In this document: positions 38,435 to 48,198 of the stretch, piece after piece
Numbering within the stretch: position 1 is the stretch's first letter
Layout of the letters: every line of letters begins with the position of its first letter
NCBI GenBank assembly: GCA_038217285.1
Contig: JBBQPO010000002.1
Location: 11,483-75,482 of the forward strand
Direction of reading: 5' to 3'
Origin: Chthonomonadales bacterium
GTDB lineage: Bacteria; Armatimonadota; Chthonomonadetes; Chthonomonadales; Chthonomonadaceae
Length of the DNA stretch: 64,000 bases
Program-made: the position numbers and the translations under genes
Notes under the pieces: generated by a model
The model's input: only the letters and a program-made list of their open reading frames with translations
Told to the model about the DNA's origin: nothing
Databases searched by the model: none

Positions 38435-38481
38435 ATGGACTCTTAATCCATTTGCCCAGGGTTCGAGCCCCTGACGACCCA
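38435..38481 (+). tRNA. 3' fragment of tRNA-Lys(CTT); putative attR
   Basis: ATGGA-CTCTTAA-TCCAT anticodon arm, CAGGG-TTCGAGC-CCCTG T arm, ACGACCCA acceptor strand; no properly spaced 5' strand or D arm. Confidence 0.85.
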
Positions 38482-38551
38482 TCCCCTTTTGTTCCCTACT
38501 CCCTTTGCGCCGCCCCTCCGATTCTGACCGGTTTCTATCTCTGTCTATCCT

Positions 38552-39040
38552 ATGAAACACTGCCCACGCTGCAATCAGGATAAAGACGAGGAGGAGTTCG
38601 GCAAAAACCGGACGCGCCCGGACGGCCTCCAGGTACAGTGCCGCGCCTGCATTAAGCTCATTCACCACGACTGGTACACTCGCAACAAAGAGCGACACTA
38701 CGGCAACGTCCAGAAACGCCGCAAACTCTTCTCCGACGAACTCGCTCGCCAAATTCTCGCCTACCTGAAAGCGCATCCATGCGTAGACTGCGGCAACGCC
38801 AATCCGCTCGTATTGGAATTCGATGCGCTCGACGGGCGAAACGCTCTGCACATCACGCCGGAGACCACCTGGGACACGCTTTTACCGGAAATGACACAAT
38901 GCGAAGTGCGCTGTGCGAACTGCCGACGCCTCAAGATCGGAAAGCAGGTCGGAATGCGCCGTGCGCTCATGCTAAATCTCCAAATGAATGAATCGGAACG
39001 TACTCAAGAGATTGAGTTGAAGGATATGCCCCTGGAATGA
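38552..39040 (+). CDS. Zn-binding HNH-like protein, apparently degenerate
   Basis: CPRC...CRAC; PCVDCG...LEFDAL...CEVRCANCRR (His positions replaced). Confidence 0.75.
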   Translation: MKHCPRCNQDKDEEEFGKNRTRPDGLQVQCRACIKLIHHDWYTRNKERHYGNVQKRRKLFSDELARQILAYLKAHPCVDCGNANPLVLEFDALDGRNALHITPETTWDTLLPEMTQCEVRCANCRRLKIGKQVGMRRALMLNLQMNESERTQEIELKDMPLE

Positions 39041-39191
39041 ACTGCCGACGCGAAAAGCGTTGGGATGGTTCTCTTGCGCCGGAGTGAACTCCGGCGCAAA
39101 CCTACTGGCGATGACGCAAACCTGTCGGGCTATTCAACAGGCATCCCTGGGCTTTTTCGCGCCAACTACTCACCCAACTATAAGGAACACT

Positions 39192-42100
39192 ATGCGGACA
39201 ACTCTTCTTCCCGCTCTCGCTTTTCTGGCCTGTGCGTCTCTGGTCGGCGCACAGGAGACCGAGGGATTACGGCCGATTCACTTTGCCCGGCAGCCCGCGC
39301 TGGCCCCGGATGGCAATCGTCTTGCCTTCTCCTATCTCGGGGACATCTGGACGGTCTGGGCGGACGGCGGGACGGCGACGCGCCTGACCATCCACGAAGC
39401 GCACGACTATGCCCCGGCCTGGTCACCGGATGGGAAATGGATCGCCTTTTCCTCGAAGCGGGAAGGCAACTATGATGTCTGGGTCATGCCCGCGATGGGC
39501 GGCAGAGCCAGACAATTGACGTTTCACAGCGCCGATGATATCGTGACGGGCTGGACGCAGGACGGCAAGAACGTGCTATTTACCTCGGCCCGTGAGACGA
39601 CACGCTATCCTGCCATCTATACCGTTAGTGTCGCGACAGGCGCGACTCGATTGATTGCGAAAGACGATTCGCCCCTCGGCAATGCGGCGGCGACGCCCGA
39701 TGGAAAGTCTATCGTCTGCACACGGGGCGGGCAGTGGTACCGCAAAGGTTACCGGGGAAGCGCCACCTCCAATCTGATGCTCTTCCCGCTCGAGGGCGGG
39801 CCAGGGCAGTGGGTGACGCACGAGAAGGAGAATCAGCGCTGGACGCTCTTCGCGCCGGACAACAAGAACATCGTCTTTGTCTCGGATAAGGACGGCGTGG
39901 CGAACCTGTGGCGGCGCGGACTGACCAACAGCAAGCCGACCGAACTGACACACTTCAAAGACGGCAATCTGTTCTACCCGACGATGGCGGCGAAGACCGG
40001 ACGCCTCGTCTTTGAACACGACTTCACGCTCTGGGCGCTGGACAGGGCAGGCACTGCCCCGAAAGAGCTGAAGATTTACGCCCCGACCGATGACCGCACC
40101 AACCCGGTGCGGCACGAGACACTGACGAAAGGGGCGCAGGAGATCGCACTGTCGCCGGATGGCCGGTCACTGGCGTTCATCGTGCATGGTGAGGTGTTTG
40201 TGCAGCCGATGAGCGGAGGCGCAGCCCGAACGGCAGAGGCGAGTTCGGCGAAAGCCGACAAGGATCAGGCTCCCGACGAGCCGTTGCCTGTCCTGCCCTC
40301 CGAGGCACGGCGCTTGACGGAAACGCCGCAGCGCGAACAGGACATCGTCTGGTCACCGGACGGCAAGACGGTCGCCTTCACCTCCGACCGCGACGGCAAC
40401 AACAATATCTATCTCCTCAATGTCAAGACGAAGAAAACAACTGCCCTGACCAAAGCCCCCGGAGACGAGAATAGCCCTGTCTTCTCGCCGGACGGCAAGA
40501 GTATCGCCTTCCTGCGCGGCTACAATGGGGCCGAACTGTGCGTCGTGCCTGTCACAGGCGGGGCAGAGCACGTTCTGGCCCACGACCCGAATATTCGCGA
40601 GGTTGCCTGGTCGCCCGACTCGCAGTGGCTGGCCTATAGCCGCATGAAGTCGCACTCCGCCGGCACAATGGCCGACATCTTCATCGTCGGGGCGGCAGGC
40701 AGCAAGCCCGTCAACGTCACACGCTACCCGAAGGTCAACACTGGCCCGGTCTGGTCTGCAGACGGCAAAAAACTGTTCTTCCGCTCTAACCGCACCACGA
40801 ACGAAAATCTCTGGAGCGTCAGCCTGCTTGCCGACCCGCCGGTTCCTGCCACAAGCGAGGAAGGCGACGATCCCGCGCCTGCTCCCAAACCCGCCGAACC
40901 CGCAAAAGGCGAGAAGAAGCCCCTCGTCGTCAAGATTGATTTCGACGACATCCACAAACGCGCCCGACAGATCACCCGTGTCGAGAGCGGCGTCGGCAAT
41001 TTCGCGCTCTCGCCGGATGGCAAAACGGTCGTGTTCAGCATGAGCCAGCTTGGCCGCAACGACCTGTGGAGCCTCCCCGCCGTGGGCGGACAGCCGATGC
41101 GACTGACGCAGACGGGCGAAACGGGCGACGGCATCACCTTCACCCCGGACGGTCAGCGCGTCGTCTATATCTCGGCGGGAGCCATTCATTCGCTGGCCCT
41201 CAATGCGCCCTCCGCTGCCGCCGCGCCCGTCAACTTCATCGCGAAGATGGACATTGACACCCACGCGGAGCTGACGGAGATGTTCGACGAGGCGTGGCGC
41301 AAGATGCGGGACGCTTACTACGACGAGAAGATGCACGGCTCCGACTGGAACAAAATCCGCGACACCTACCGCCCCATTCTCGACGACATCACCTACAAGG
41401 AAGATTTCTACACGCTGTTTTCGCTCGTCCTGGGCGAGTTGAACTCCTCGCACGTCGGTATCTCAGGCGCTCCCGACCGCGACGGCCCGGTCACGCCCTC
41501 GCTCGGAATCACGCTGGACGACCGTTTCCCCGGCCCCGGCGTCAAAGTGGCGACGGTAATTCCGAAAGGCCCCGCCGACAAAGAGAGCAGCCGCCTGAAA
41601 CCGGGCGACATTCTCCTCAAGGTGGATGGCGAAGCGGTGACCACGACGGAACAGTTCGCGCATCTGCTGGCGGACAAGGCGGCGAAGCGGGTCGTCCTCA
41701 TGGTCAACACGGAGCCGAAAGAGGACAGAGCGCGGACGGTGCGGATTCGCCCCATCCCTGCCGCCGCGTACAAACTTCTCGAATACGACCGCTGGGTGAC
41801 AGAGCGAGAGAAGATGACCGATCAGTTCTCCGGGGGCAAACTCGGCTATATGCACCTGAGCGCGATGGACGACGCCAATCTGGAGAAGTTCAAGCGGATG
41901 GTCTACGGGGATATGCAGGCGAAGGACGGGCTGGTGCTGGATGTGCGCTTCAACGGCGGCGGCAGCACGGCGGACGAGATTCTGGAGGTGCTGGAGACCA
42001 AAGTCTTCGGCTACCGCACCCTCCGCAGCGATACCGACCGCACCACCTCGCCCCTGCTCGTCTGGAACAAACCGACGATTGTGCTTATCAACGAACTCTC

Positions 42101-42392
42101 GTTCAGCAACGCCGAAGTCTTCCCCTGGGGCTTCAAGGAGCTGCATCTGGGCAAAGTTGTCGGCGTTCCCACCAACGGCGGCGTCATCGGCACGGGCGCG
42201 ACCACCCTCATTGACGGCACGACGCTTCGCATTCCCGGCGTCGGCGCCTACACGCTCACCATGATTGACCAGGAACACAACGGCTGCCCGCCCGACATCT
42301 ACGTCGAAAACAGCCCCGAAGACATTGCCAAAAACCACGACCGCCAACTGGAGACCGCCGTCCGCGAACTCCTCCCGCAAACGAAACACTGA
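39192..42392 (+). CDS. Tricorn-like S41 protease (PD40 propellers, PDZ, S41)
   Basis: Signal peptide from ATG 39192; WSPDG repeats; GELNSSH, DVRFNGGG, SFSNAE, PDI.V. Confidence 0.95.
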   Translation: MRTTLLPALAFLACASLVGAQETEGLRPIHFARQPALAPDGNRLAFSYLGDIWTVWADGGTATRLTIHEAHDYAPAWSPDGKWIAFSSKREGNYDVWVMPAMGGRARQLTFHSADDIVTGWTQDGKNVLFTSARETTRYPAIYTVSVATGATRLIAKDDSPLGNAAATPDGKSIVCTRGGQWYRKGYRGSATSNLMLFPLEGGPGQWVTHEKENQRWTLFAPDNKNIVFVSDKDGVANLWRRGLTNSKPTELTHFKDGNLFYPTMAAKTGRLVFEHDFTLWALDRAGTAPKELKIYAPTDDRTNPVRHETLTKGAQEIALSPDGRSLAFIVHGEVFVQPMSGGAARTAEASSAKADKDQAPDEPLPVLPSEARRLTETPQREQDIVWSPDGKTVAFTSDRDGNNNIYLLNVKTKKTTALTKAPGDENSPVFSPDGKSIAFLRGYNGAELCVVPVTGGAEHVLAHDPNIREVAWSPDSQWLAYSRMKSHSAGTMADIFIVGAAGSKPVNVTRYPKVNTGPVWSADGKKLFFRSNRTTNENLWSVSLLADPPVPATSEEGDDPAPAPKPAEPAKGEKKPLVVKIDFDDIHKRARQITRVESGVGNFALSPDGKTVVFSMSQLGRNDLWSLPAVGGQPMRLTQTGETGDGITFTPDGQRVVYISAGAIHSLALNAPSAAAAPVNFIAKMDIDTHAELTEMFDEAWRKMRDAYYDEKMHGSDWNKIRDTYRPILDDITYKEDFYTLFSLVLGELNSSHVGISGAPDRDGPVTPSLGITLDDRFPGPGVKVATVIPKGPADKESSRLKPGDILLKVDGEAVTTTEQFAHLLADKAAKRVVLMVNTEPKEDRARTVRIRPIPAAAYKLLEYDRWVTEREKMTDQFSGGKLGYMHLSAMDDANLEKFKRMVYGDMQAKDGLVLDVRFNGGGSTADEILEVLETKVFGYRTLRSDTDRTTSPLLVWNKPTIVLINELSFSNAEVFPWGFKELHLGKVVGVPTNGGVIGTGATTLIDGTTLRIPGVGAYTLTMIDQEHNGCPPDIYVENSPEDIAKNHDRQLETAVRELLPQTKH

Positions 42393-42408
42393 GAGCGTTC
42401 TCTTCCCT

Positions 42409-42444
42409 CCGCCTGACTGTCCTCCGGGATAGTCAGGCGGTTTT
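42409..42444 (+). terminator. Intrinsic terminator
   Basis: CCGCCTGACT...AGTCAGGCGG + TTTT. Confidence 0.8.
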
Positions 42445-42451
42445 GTTGTGT

Positions 42452-43144
42452 TCAGAGAACGCCGCGCTCTTTGAGGGAGACCCATTTGTTGTCGCCGAGG
42501 ACGATGTGGTCGAGGAGTTCGATGCCGAGGATTTGGCCCGCTTCGGCTAGCCGCTGCGTGATGCGGCGGTCTTCGGCGCTGGGGGTCGGATCGCCGCTGG
42601 GGTGATTATGTGCGACGATGATCGCGGCAGCGCTGGCGATAATGGCGTCTTTGAAAACTTCGCGGGGATGTACGAGACTGCTGTCCAGAATGCCGACCGA
42701 TACGGACATAATCTTCAAGACCCGGTTTTTGGTGTCCAGCAGCAGCGACTTGAGATGCTCCTTCTTCAGGTCGCGCAGTTCCGGCATCAGCAGGTTCGCG
42801 ACATCCTGCGGGGAGCGGATGATCGGCTTCTCTTCGCCGCCCAGCACCGCGTTGCGCTTGCCCAGTTCGATAGCCGCCGCGATCTGAATCGCCTTGACCT
42901 CTCCCACCCCTTTGACCGCGCTCAACTGTTCGATGGTGGCAGTGGCGACGCCGCGCAGCCCCTGAAACTCGCTCAGAAGCAGTTCGCCGAGGCCGAGGGC
43001 GGAACGCTCGGTCGTGCCGGTGCGGAGCAGGATGGCGATCAGTTCTGCGGTGGAGCAGACGGAAGGCCCGTGCTTGGACAGGCGTTCGCGGGGTCTCTCT
43101 TCAGCGGGCATTTCGCGGATGGCGACGGTGTAGCGTTCAGCCAC
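42452..43144 (-). CDS. radC: RadC (JAB/MPN domain) protein
   Basis: ERPRERL, VHPREVF, HNHPSGDPTPS, LLDH. Confidence 0.95.
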   Translation of the reverse strand: MAERYTVAIREMPAEERPRERLSKHGPSVCSTAELIAILLRTGTTERSALGLGELLLSEFQGLRGVATATIEQLSAVKGVGEVKAIQIAAAIELGKRNAVLGGEEKPIIRSPQDVANLLMPELRDLKKEHLKSLLLDTKNRVLKIMSVSVGILDSSLVHPREVFKDAIIASAAAIIVAHNHPSGDPTPSAEDRRITQRLAEAGQILGIELLDHIVLGDNKWVSLKERGVL

Positions 43145-43235
43145 GAGGCAGATTCCTCCAGAATTGGTATGCTATCGGGAAAGACAACGCACGTCGGGAA
43201 TCGAGGACAGCGTTCAGAAGTGCGCGTCCACCTGA

Positions 43236-44947
43236 TCAGGAAGTAAGCGAGGTATAGACGGGAACCAGCGGCAGACTTACTTCAATCAACAGCCTCTCTC
43301 CTGCCTTCGAGTCCACACGGCATTCGCCGCCTATCAGCGTGGCACGCTGCTGAATTCCTACCAGTCCGCTATGATCACAGAAGCAGTTGGCATTGTCCGC
43401 CACGCCCGCGTTCTCGCCGTACCCCACCTGGATCAGAAGATATTCGTCTGCGATTTCAAGACGCACGTCCACTTCGCGGGCGTGGGTGAGCCGCACGGTA
43501 TTGGTAACGCCCTCCTGGACAATGCGGTACGCGGCGGTCTCCACCGTCCCATCCAGCCGATTGTCGAGACCTGTCTGGCTGAAATTCACCGCCACCTGAT
43601 TCTGTTCAGCATAGTGCTTGCAGTACCACTGCAGCGCGGGCAGCAGGCCAAGATCGTCCAGCAGACCGGGACGCAGATCTACCGAAAGCGCACGAACGTG
43701 CTGCATCAGGTCCGTCAGCAGTCCCTGGGCGCGGCGCAGCTGTTTTTCGCGCTCGTCCTCGTCCAGTCGCGGCAGGGTGGCGATGGCAAGTTTGATTCCA
43801 GCCAGCACCTGCCCGATCTCTTCGTGGAGTTCGTGCGCCAGATGCCCGCGCTCCGCTTCCTGAAGCTCGACCAGACGCTGCGCCAGGTGCTGGAGTTCCT
43901 GATTGCGCCGCTGGGCGGCGTCATTCAAAATCTCTTTGCGAAGCAGCAGAGTGTGTTCTTCTTCTGCCTTCTTGCGGTCGTTGATGTTGCAAAAAAGACC
44001 CACAGGCCATCTTCCGTCGGATAGGCATTGACCACATACCAACTGAGATAAGGAGGATAGTACGCCTCGAATCGCGCCGTTGTCTTTTCGGAAACAGCCT
44101 TTCGGAATTCGCGCCCGAACTCATCCTCGGCCATATCGGGATGCGTGGTCCATAAATTCTGCCCGATTACCTCCGCCCGGTTTTTGTTTAGCACCCTCTC
44201 CGCCTCGCCATTCATATAGGTGAAGTTCCAGTTGTGGTCGAGAGCGATAAAGGCGTCCGAAATTTTCTCAAGCGTGTCTACAACGCGCTGATCGGCATCG
44301 TGCTGCATTCGAACAGCCGCCATGCGCTGATGCAGGTTTCTTCGGACGGCGGTGAACAGATAGGCAAGCAACGTGGTAATGACGACAAGCAGGAAGGCAA
44401 GCGCGAGATTCGCTTCACGCAGATAGCGTCGGTTTTGTTGGATGTGTTCGGCCAGCGCTCGCCGCTCCTCCTGCTGGATTTTGTCTGCGAAGAGATGCAC
44501 CTGTGCCAGCCGGTAAAACTCTTGCCCGAGAGGCATACTGCCTTTCGGGCCGGCAGCCTCACGTCTGTTATTCTCTGCTTTCAGGAGTGCGTAGTAGGTT
44601 GCAATGTTGGCCCTGAGTGTCTTTATCTGCTCGGTTTGCAGCGGTTCCTCCGCCGTCAGCGCTGCGAGTCCGTCCAGGTCATGAAAAGTCTGGCGGTTCG
44701 ACGTGTTGAACGAGACAAGCGCGTCAAGATTGTCATTCAGAATGTAATCTTCATGGGCGTCCTGCGCCTGCTCCACATCCAGCAGGGCGGCCGACAGACG
44801 GGACTGCTCCTGATAGGTGTGCGACACAAGACGGTATGCCTCGCGACTGCGCCAGGAGAGCTGGAGGAATACCCCGGTCACACTCAAAAAAAGGATCGTT
44901 CCCAGCACAAACCCAGGGTATTTTTTGTAAAAATCAGAGGTAATCAT
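43236..44947 (-). pseudogene. CHASE3-PAS-HisKA_3 sensor kinase split by a frameshift
   Basis: 43925..44947 has TM-CHASE3-TM-PAS; 43236..44042 has ELHEEIGQ and YRIVQE; frames switch at the T6 run 43991-43996 (GLWVFF | NINDRK). Confidence 0.8.
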
Positions 44948-45194
44948 CGGTTCTTACTGCATTCCGGGTCTCCAACAGCACCCTCTGGCGGAAATCTTTC
45001 TCCGCCGGTTCGTGTGGGGAGGCACACAGAACGCGATGAAGAGAGCAATTACCTATTTGTTAAGACGTATCATCATAGCATATCGGCTGACAATTGGCAA
45101 GCGAAGAAATCAGGAAATTGAGAGGAGCGTGTCGAACTGTAGCAGGGACAGGTTTCCCTGTAAGAATGCCGCCTTGAGCGGCAGAAAGCGCACC

Positions 45195-46247
45195 ATGCAA
45201 GCCGGACGACGCCGAAAAACAGTTGGAATAGGATGCCTTTTTCTGGGTCTGGCAGTACTGCTGGTCTGGCTATGGGCTACCCGCACCCCGGCCCTGCTGG
45301 ATCACGCCCACCGCATCACCGAAGGACAGTACGAAAGTTACGCCTGGCAGTCCACGAACAAGCTCGTCCTGCTCTCCGCTCCCACAGACCAGGGAATGCC
45401 GTATGTCCTGCTCGATCTCACTACAGGTATACAGACATTGCATTCCCTTTCTTCATTCCAGACATCACTGACATATAACGGGCTAACTGCGAGAACGATG
45501 GCCTTACGCTGTTCTCCGAATGGAAGCTGGGCTGTTGGAGCAGACAGCGATACAAAGTTTCATCTGCTCTCCCTTGGCGAAGAAGCGGAACATGACTACC
45601 GGTTTGATGATTACTATGAACGGGAGGGCGGGACGACTGGAGAGGCCGGGATAGCCTGGCTGCCGGATGGTCGGCGCTGGCTGGCATGGTCTCCTACCTC
45701 GCGCAAAACTCCCCTGAGGCTGTTCAGCGTGGACGCGCCGCATTCGCCTTCGGTGCGGCTGTCTCCTCCGTCCGGGATGTCCCGACTGCTCGGAGTCACA
45801 CCGGACAATCTTGTCGTCATGACGAAAGTCCCTGCTCCGCCCGCCCTCAGCAACAGCGCGGAGATACACACTTTTGGCGTCTATCCCAACCGGGCCGCAG
45901 ATCGCTCCTGGAGTTTTGCTCTGCCTTCGACTGCTGAGGTCAGCACGATAGAACTTTCGCCGCAGGGTGAGCGTCTCGCCTGGCTTCTTGTCTACTCCCG
46001 CCGCCCGGCCCTCGTCACGCTGCTGTCGCGTCTCCTGCCGTTCCTGGCCGCGAAGTTCCCGCCAGTAGAGGGCGTCAGCGTCTGGGTCAGCGGACTGGAT
46101 GGCAAAGCGATGCGCGAGATCGGATTTCAAGAGATGCCCCGCAACGGGACCGCGCCAGACCGGGTCACGGAACTCCGCTGGATGCCGGACGGAAAGCATC
46201 TCAGTTTCCTGCATCGTCATGCGCTCTATTCCATTCCCGTGCCATAA
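45195..46247 (+). CDS. Membrane-anchored TolB-like beta-propeller hypothetical protein
   Basis: N-terminal TM; SPNG, WLPDG, LSPQG, WMPDG motifs. Confidence 0.7.
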   Translation: MQAGRRRKTVGIGCLFLGLAVLLVWLWATRTPALLDHAHRITEGQYESYAWQSTNKLVLLSAPTDQGMPYVLLDLTTGIQTLHSLSSFQTSLTYNGLTARTMALRCSPNGSWAVGADSDTKFHLLSLGEEAEHDYRFDDYYEREGGTTGEAGIAWLPDGRRWLAWSPTSRKTPLRLFSVDAPHSPSVRLSPPSGMSRLLGVTPDNLVVMTKVPAPPALSNSAEIHTFGVYPNRAADRSWSFALPSTAEVSTIELSPQGERLAWLLVYSRRPALVTLLSRLLPFLAAKFPPVEGVSVWVSGLDGKAMREIGFQEMPRNGTAPDRVTELRWMPDGKHLSFLHRHALYSIPVP

Positions 46248-46328
46248 GGTAATCAAGCAGTCCGGGTACGTTTTCTGGCTCAAAAGCGAGGCGCTTTTGC
46301 GTAACACCGGGTGAGGAAAAGTGTCTAA

Positions 46329-46516
46329 GAGCGTGTTTAGGGATGCTTGTGAACCGGGGTTGAAACCCCGTTCTACATTTACGAAGTCCACCTGCGTGGA
46401 CTCCCAACGCAGAAGCCAACCGCTCGTTGTGTGTGGGGGCAGCCCGCGAAGGCGGGCTTTGCAATCGTAGACCGGCACTTCAGTGCCGTATGCTGGCGTA
46501 TTTGCTAGACATGCTC
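46329..46516. mobile_element. MITE-like element carrying REP-like hairpins
   Basis: TIRs GAGCGTGTTTAG / GAGCATGTCTAG (10/12), TAA on both flanks, four internal hairpins, no transposase-sized ORF. Confidence 0.7.
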
Positions 46517-46595
46517 TAACGAAATAGCCCTGGAAGTTCAGGCACAGTGTCGGATACTGCGTACTATGTCTCCCAATGTAAGGAAAGACCGACTG

Positions 46596-48080
46596 ATGGC
46601 AAATGAGATCGAAAAAATCGTTCGTGGGGAAGGCCACTTTCGCCCGGCCCTCTCCCGGCGTGAGTTCCTGACCCGCGCCGGAACGGGCTTCGGCAGTCTG
46701 GCGCTGAGTTTTCTGCTCGCGCAGGACGCGATGGCGGATGCGAAAGCCGGTTCGAAAGCCCGCTACAATCCGCTGACGCCCAAAGCCCCGATGTTTCCGA
46801 CAAAAGCCAAATCGGTTATCTTTTTGTTCATGTACGGTGGCCCGAGTCAGGTAGATACGTTCGATCCCAAGCCTGATCTGGAAAAATATCATGGCAAGAG
46901 TATGAACACCGTCCTCCAGAACGTGGGAGAGGTGAAGACGTTCGGCGGCGGCGGCAACGCGCCCCTGATGCGAAGCCCCTACAAGTTCCAGAAGTACGGT
47001 AAGTCGGGTATCGAGGTCTCCGACCTCTACCCGAATGTGGCGCAGTGCGTGGACGATATGTGCTTTGTCCGCTCGATTTACGGCGACAGCAACAACCACG
47101 CCCCCGCTCTCTTTGAAATGAATACCGGCTCGATCTTGCAGGGACACCCTTCGGTCGGGTCGTGGGTGACGTATGGTCTCGGCTCCCAGAATCAGGACCT
47201 GCCCGGCTTCGTCGTCATGACGGATCATCGAGGTGGCCCGATTGGCGGAGCACCGAACTGGTCTTCCGGCTTCATGCCTGCCACCTACCAGGGAACCCTC
47301 TTCCGCGCTTCAGGAACCCCTATACTCGACCTCAGCCCCGGTGAAGGTGTCTCGGCGGCGGAACAGCGCAGCAGTCTCGACCTGCTGGCGAAGATGAACG
47401 AAGAGCATCTGCACAACAACCCCGGTGACAGCGAACTCGAAGCCCGCATCGGAGCCTACGAACTCGCCTACCGGATGCAGGCCCATGCTCCCGAAGTCGT
47501 AGACATCTCGAAGGAGACCGAAGAGACGAAAGCCCTCTATGGCCTTGACAATCAGCGCACGGAGAAGTTCGGACGGAAATGCCTTATGGCGCGGCGGCTG
47601 GTGGAGCGCGGCGTTCGATTTATTCAAATCTACAGCGGCGGCGGACACGGCGACGATACCTGGGACGCGCACGGCGACATCGTGGGCAATCACGGTAAAC
47701 ACGCCGGGGACACCGACAAACCGATAGCCGGGCTGCTGAAAGACCTGAAGCGGCGCGGACTGCTCGACAGTACGCTGGTCGTCTGGGGCGGTGAGTTCGG
47801 GCGGATGCCGATCTCGCAGGGCAGCACCGGGCGCGACCACAACCCCGGCGTCCAGACGGTTTGGATGGCGGGCGGCGGCGTCAAAGGCGGCACGGTAATT
47901 GGCTCTTCGGATGAGGTCGGGTATAAGGCCGGGACAGACCCCTACCATATCCGCGACCTTCATGCGACTATTCTGCACGGGATGGGCCTGAACGACATGG
48001 CCCTGACCTATCTCTACAATGGCCGTTTCCAGCGTCTGACCGAGAATGGCGGCAAAGTCATCAAAGGCGCTTTTGCATAA
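46596..48080 (+). CDS. DUF1501 family protein with Tat-like motif
   Basis: SRREFL, AKSVIFLFMYGGPSQVDTFDPKP, ARRLVERGVRF, GEFGRMP, GRDHNP. Confidence 0.92.
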   Translation: MANEIEKIVRGEGHFRPALSRREFLTRAGTGFGSLALSFLLAQDAMADAKAGSKARYNPLTPKAPMFPTKAKSVIFLFMYGGPSQVDTFDPKPDLEKYHGKSMNTVLQNVGEVKTFGGGGNAPLMRSPYKFQKYGKSGIEVSDLYPNVAQCVDDMCFVRSIYGDSNNHAPALFEMNTGSILQGHPSVGSWVTYGLGSQNQDLPGFVVMTDHRGGPIGGAPNWSSGFMPATYQGTLFRASGTPILDLSPGEGVSAAEQRSSLDLLAKMNEEHLHNNPGDSELEARIGAYELAYRMQAHAPEVVDISKETEETKALYGLDNQRTEKFGRKCLMARRLVERGVRFIQIYSGGGHGDDTWDAHGDIVGNHGKHAGDTDKPIAGLLKDLKRRGLLDSTLVVWGGEFGRMPISQGSTGRDHNPGVQTVWMAGGGVKGGTVIGSSDEVGYKAGTDPYHIRDLHATILHGMGLNDMALTYLYNGRFQRLTENGGKVIKGAFA

Positions 48081-48198
48081 CGGCCCTAACGTGGTGTATA
48101 ATAGAAGTAACAGGCAGCCGAATGCAGGCAGGTGAACGCGAAATCGTCTCACCTGCCTGCATTTGCTTCGGCCTGCATTTTTACGATGAGGTGAAACG

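Larger units (their letters stand above)
1..38481. mobile_element. Integrative (conjugative or mobilisable) element / genomic island inserted in tRNA-Lys(CTT); left end outside the window
   Basis: tRNA 3'-half at the right edge; coupling-protein ATPase plus Replic_Relax gene; RM enzyme, DUF932, many small hypothetical genes and IS elements; housekeeping-type genes resume after 39 kb. No integrase or VirB4 recognised in the window. Confidence 0.8.

Noticed and set aside
38375-38481. Intact tRNA-Lys using GGGTCG at 38375 as the 5' acceptor strand
   Set aside because: 60 nt separate it from the anticodon stem (about 26 expected) and there is no proper D stem; treated as an att fragment.
42452-43144. 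radC as part of the mobile element
   Set aside because: It is the full-length form, lies outside the att site and among chromosomal-type genes.
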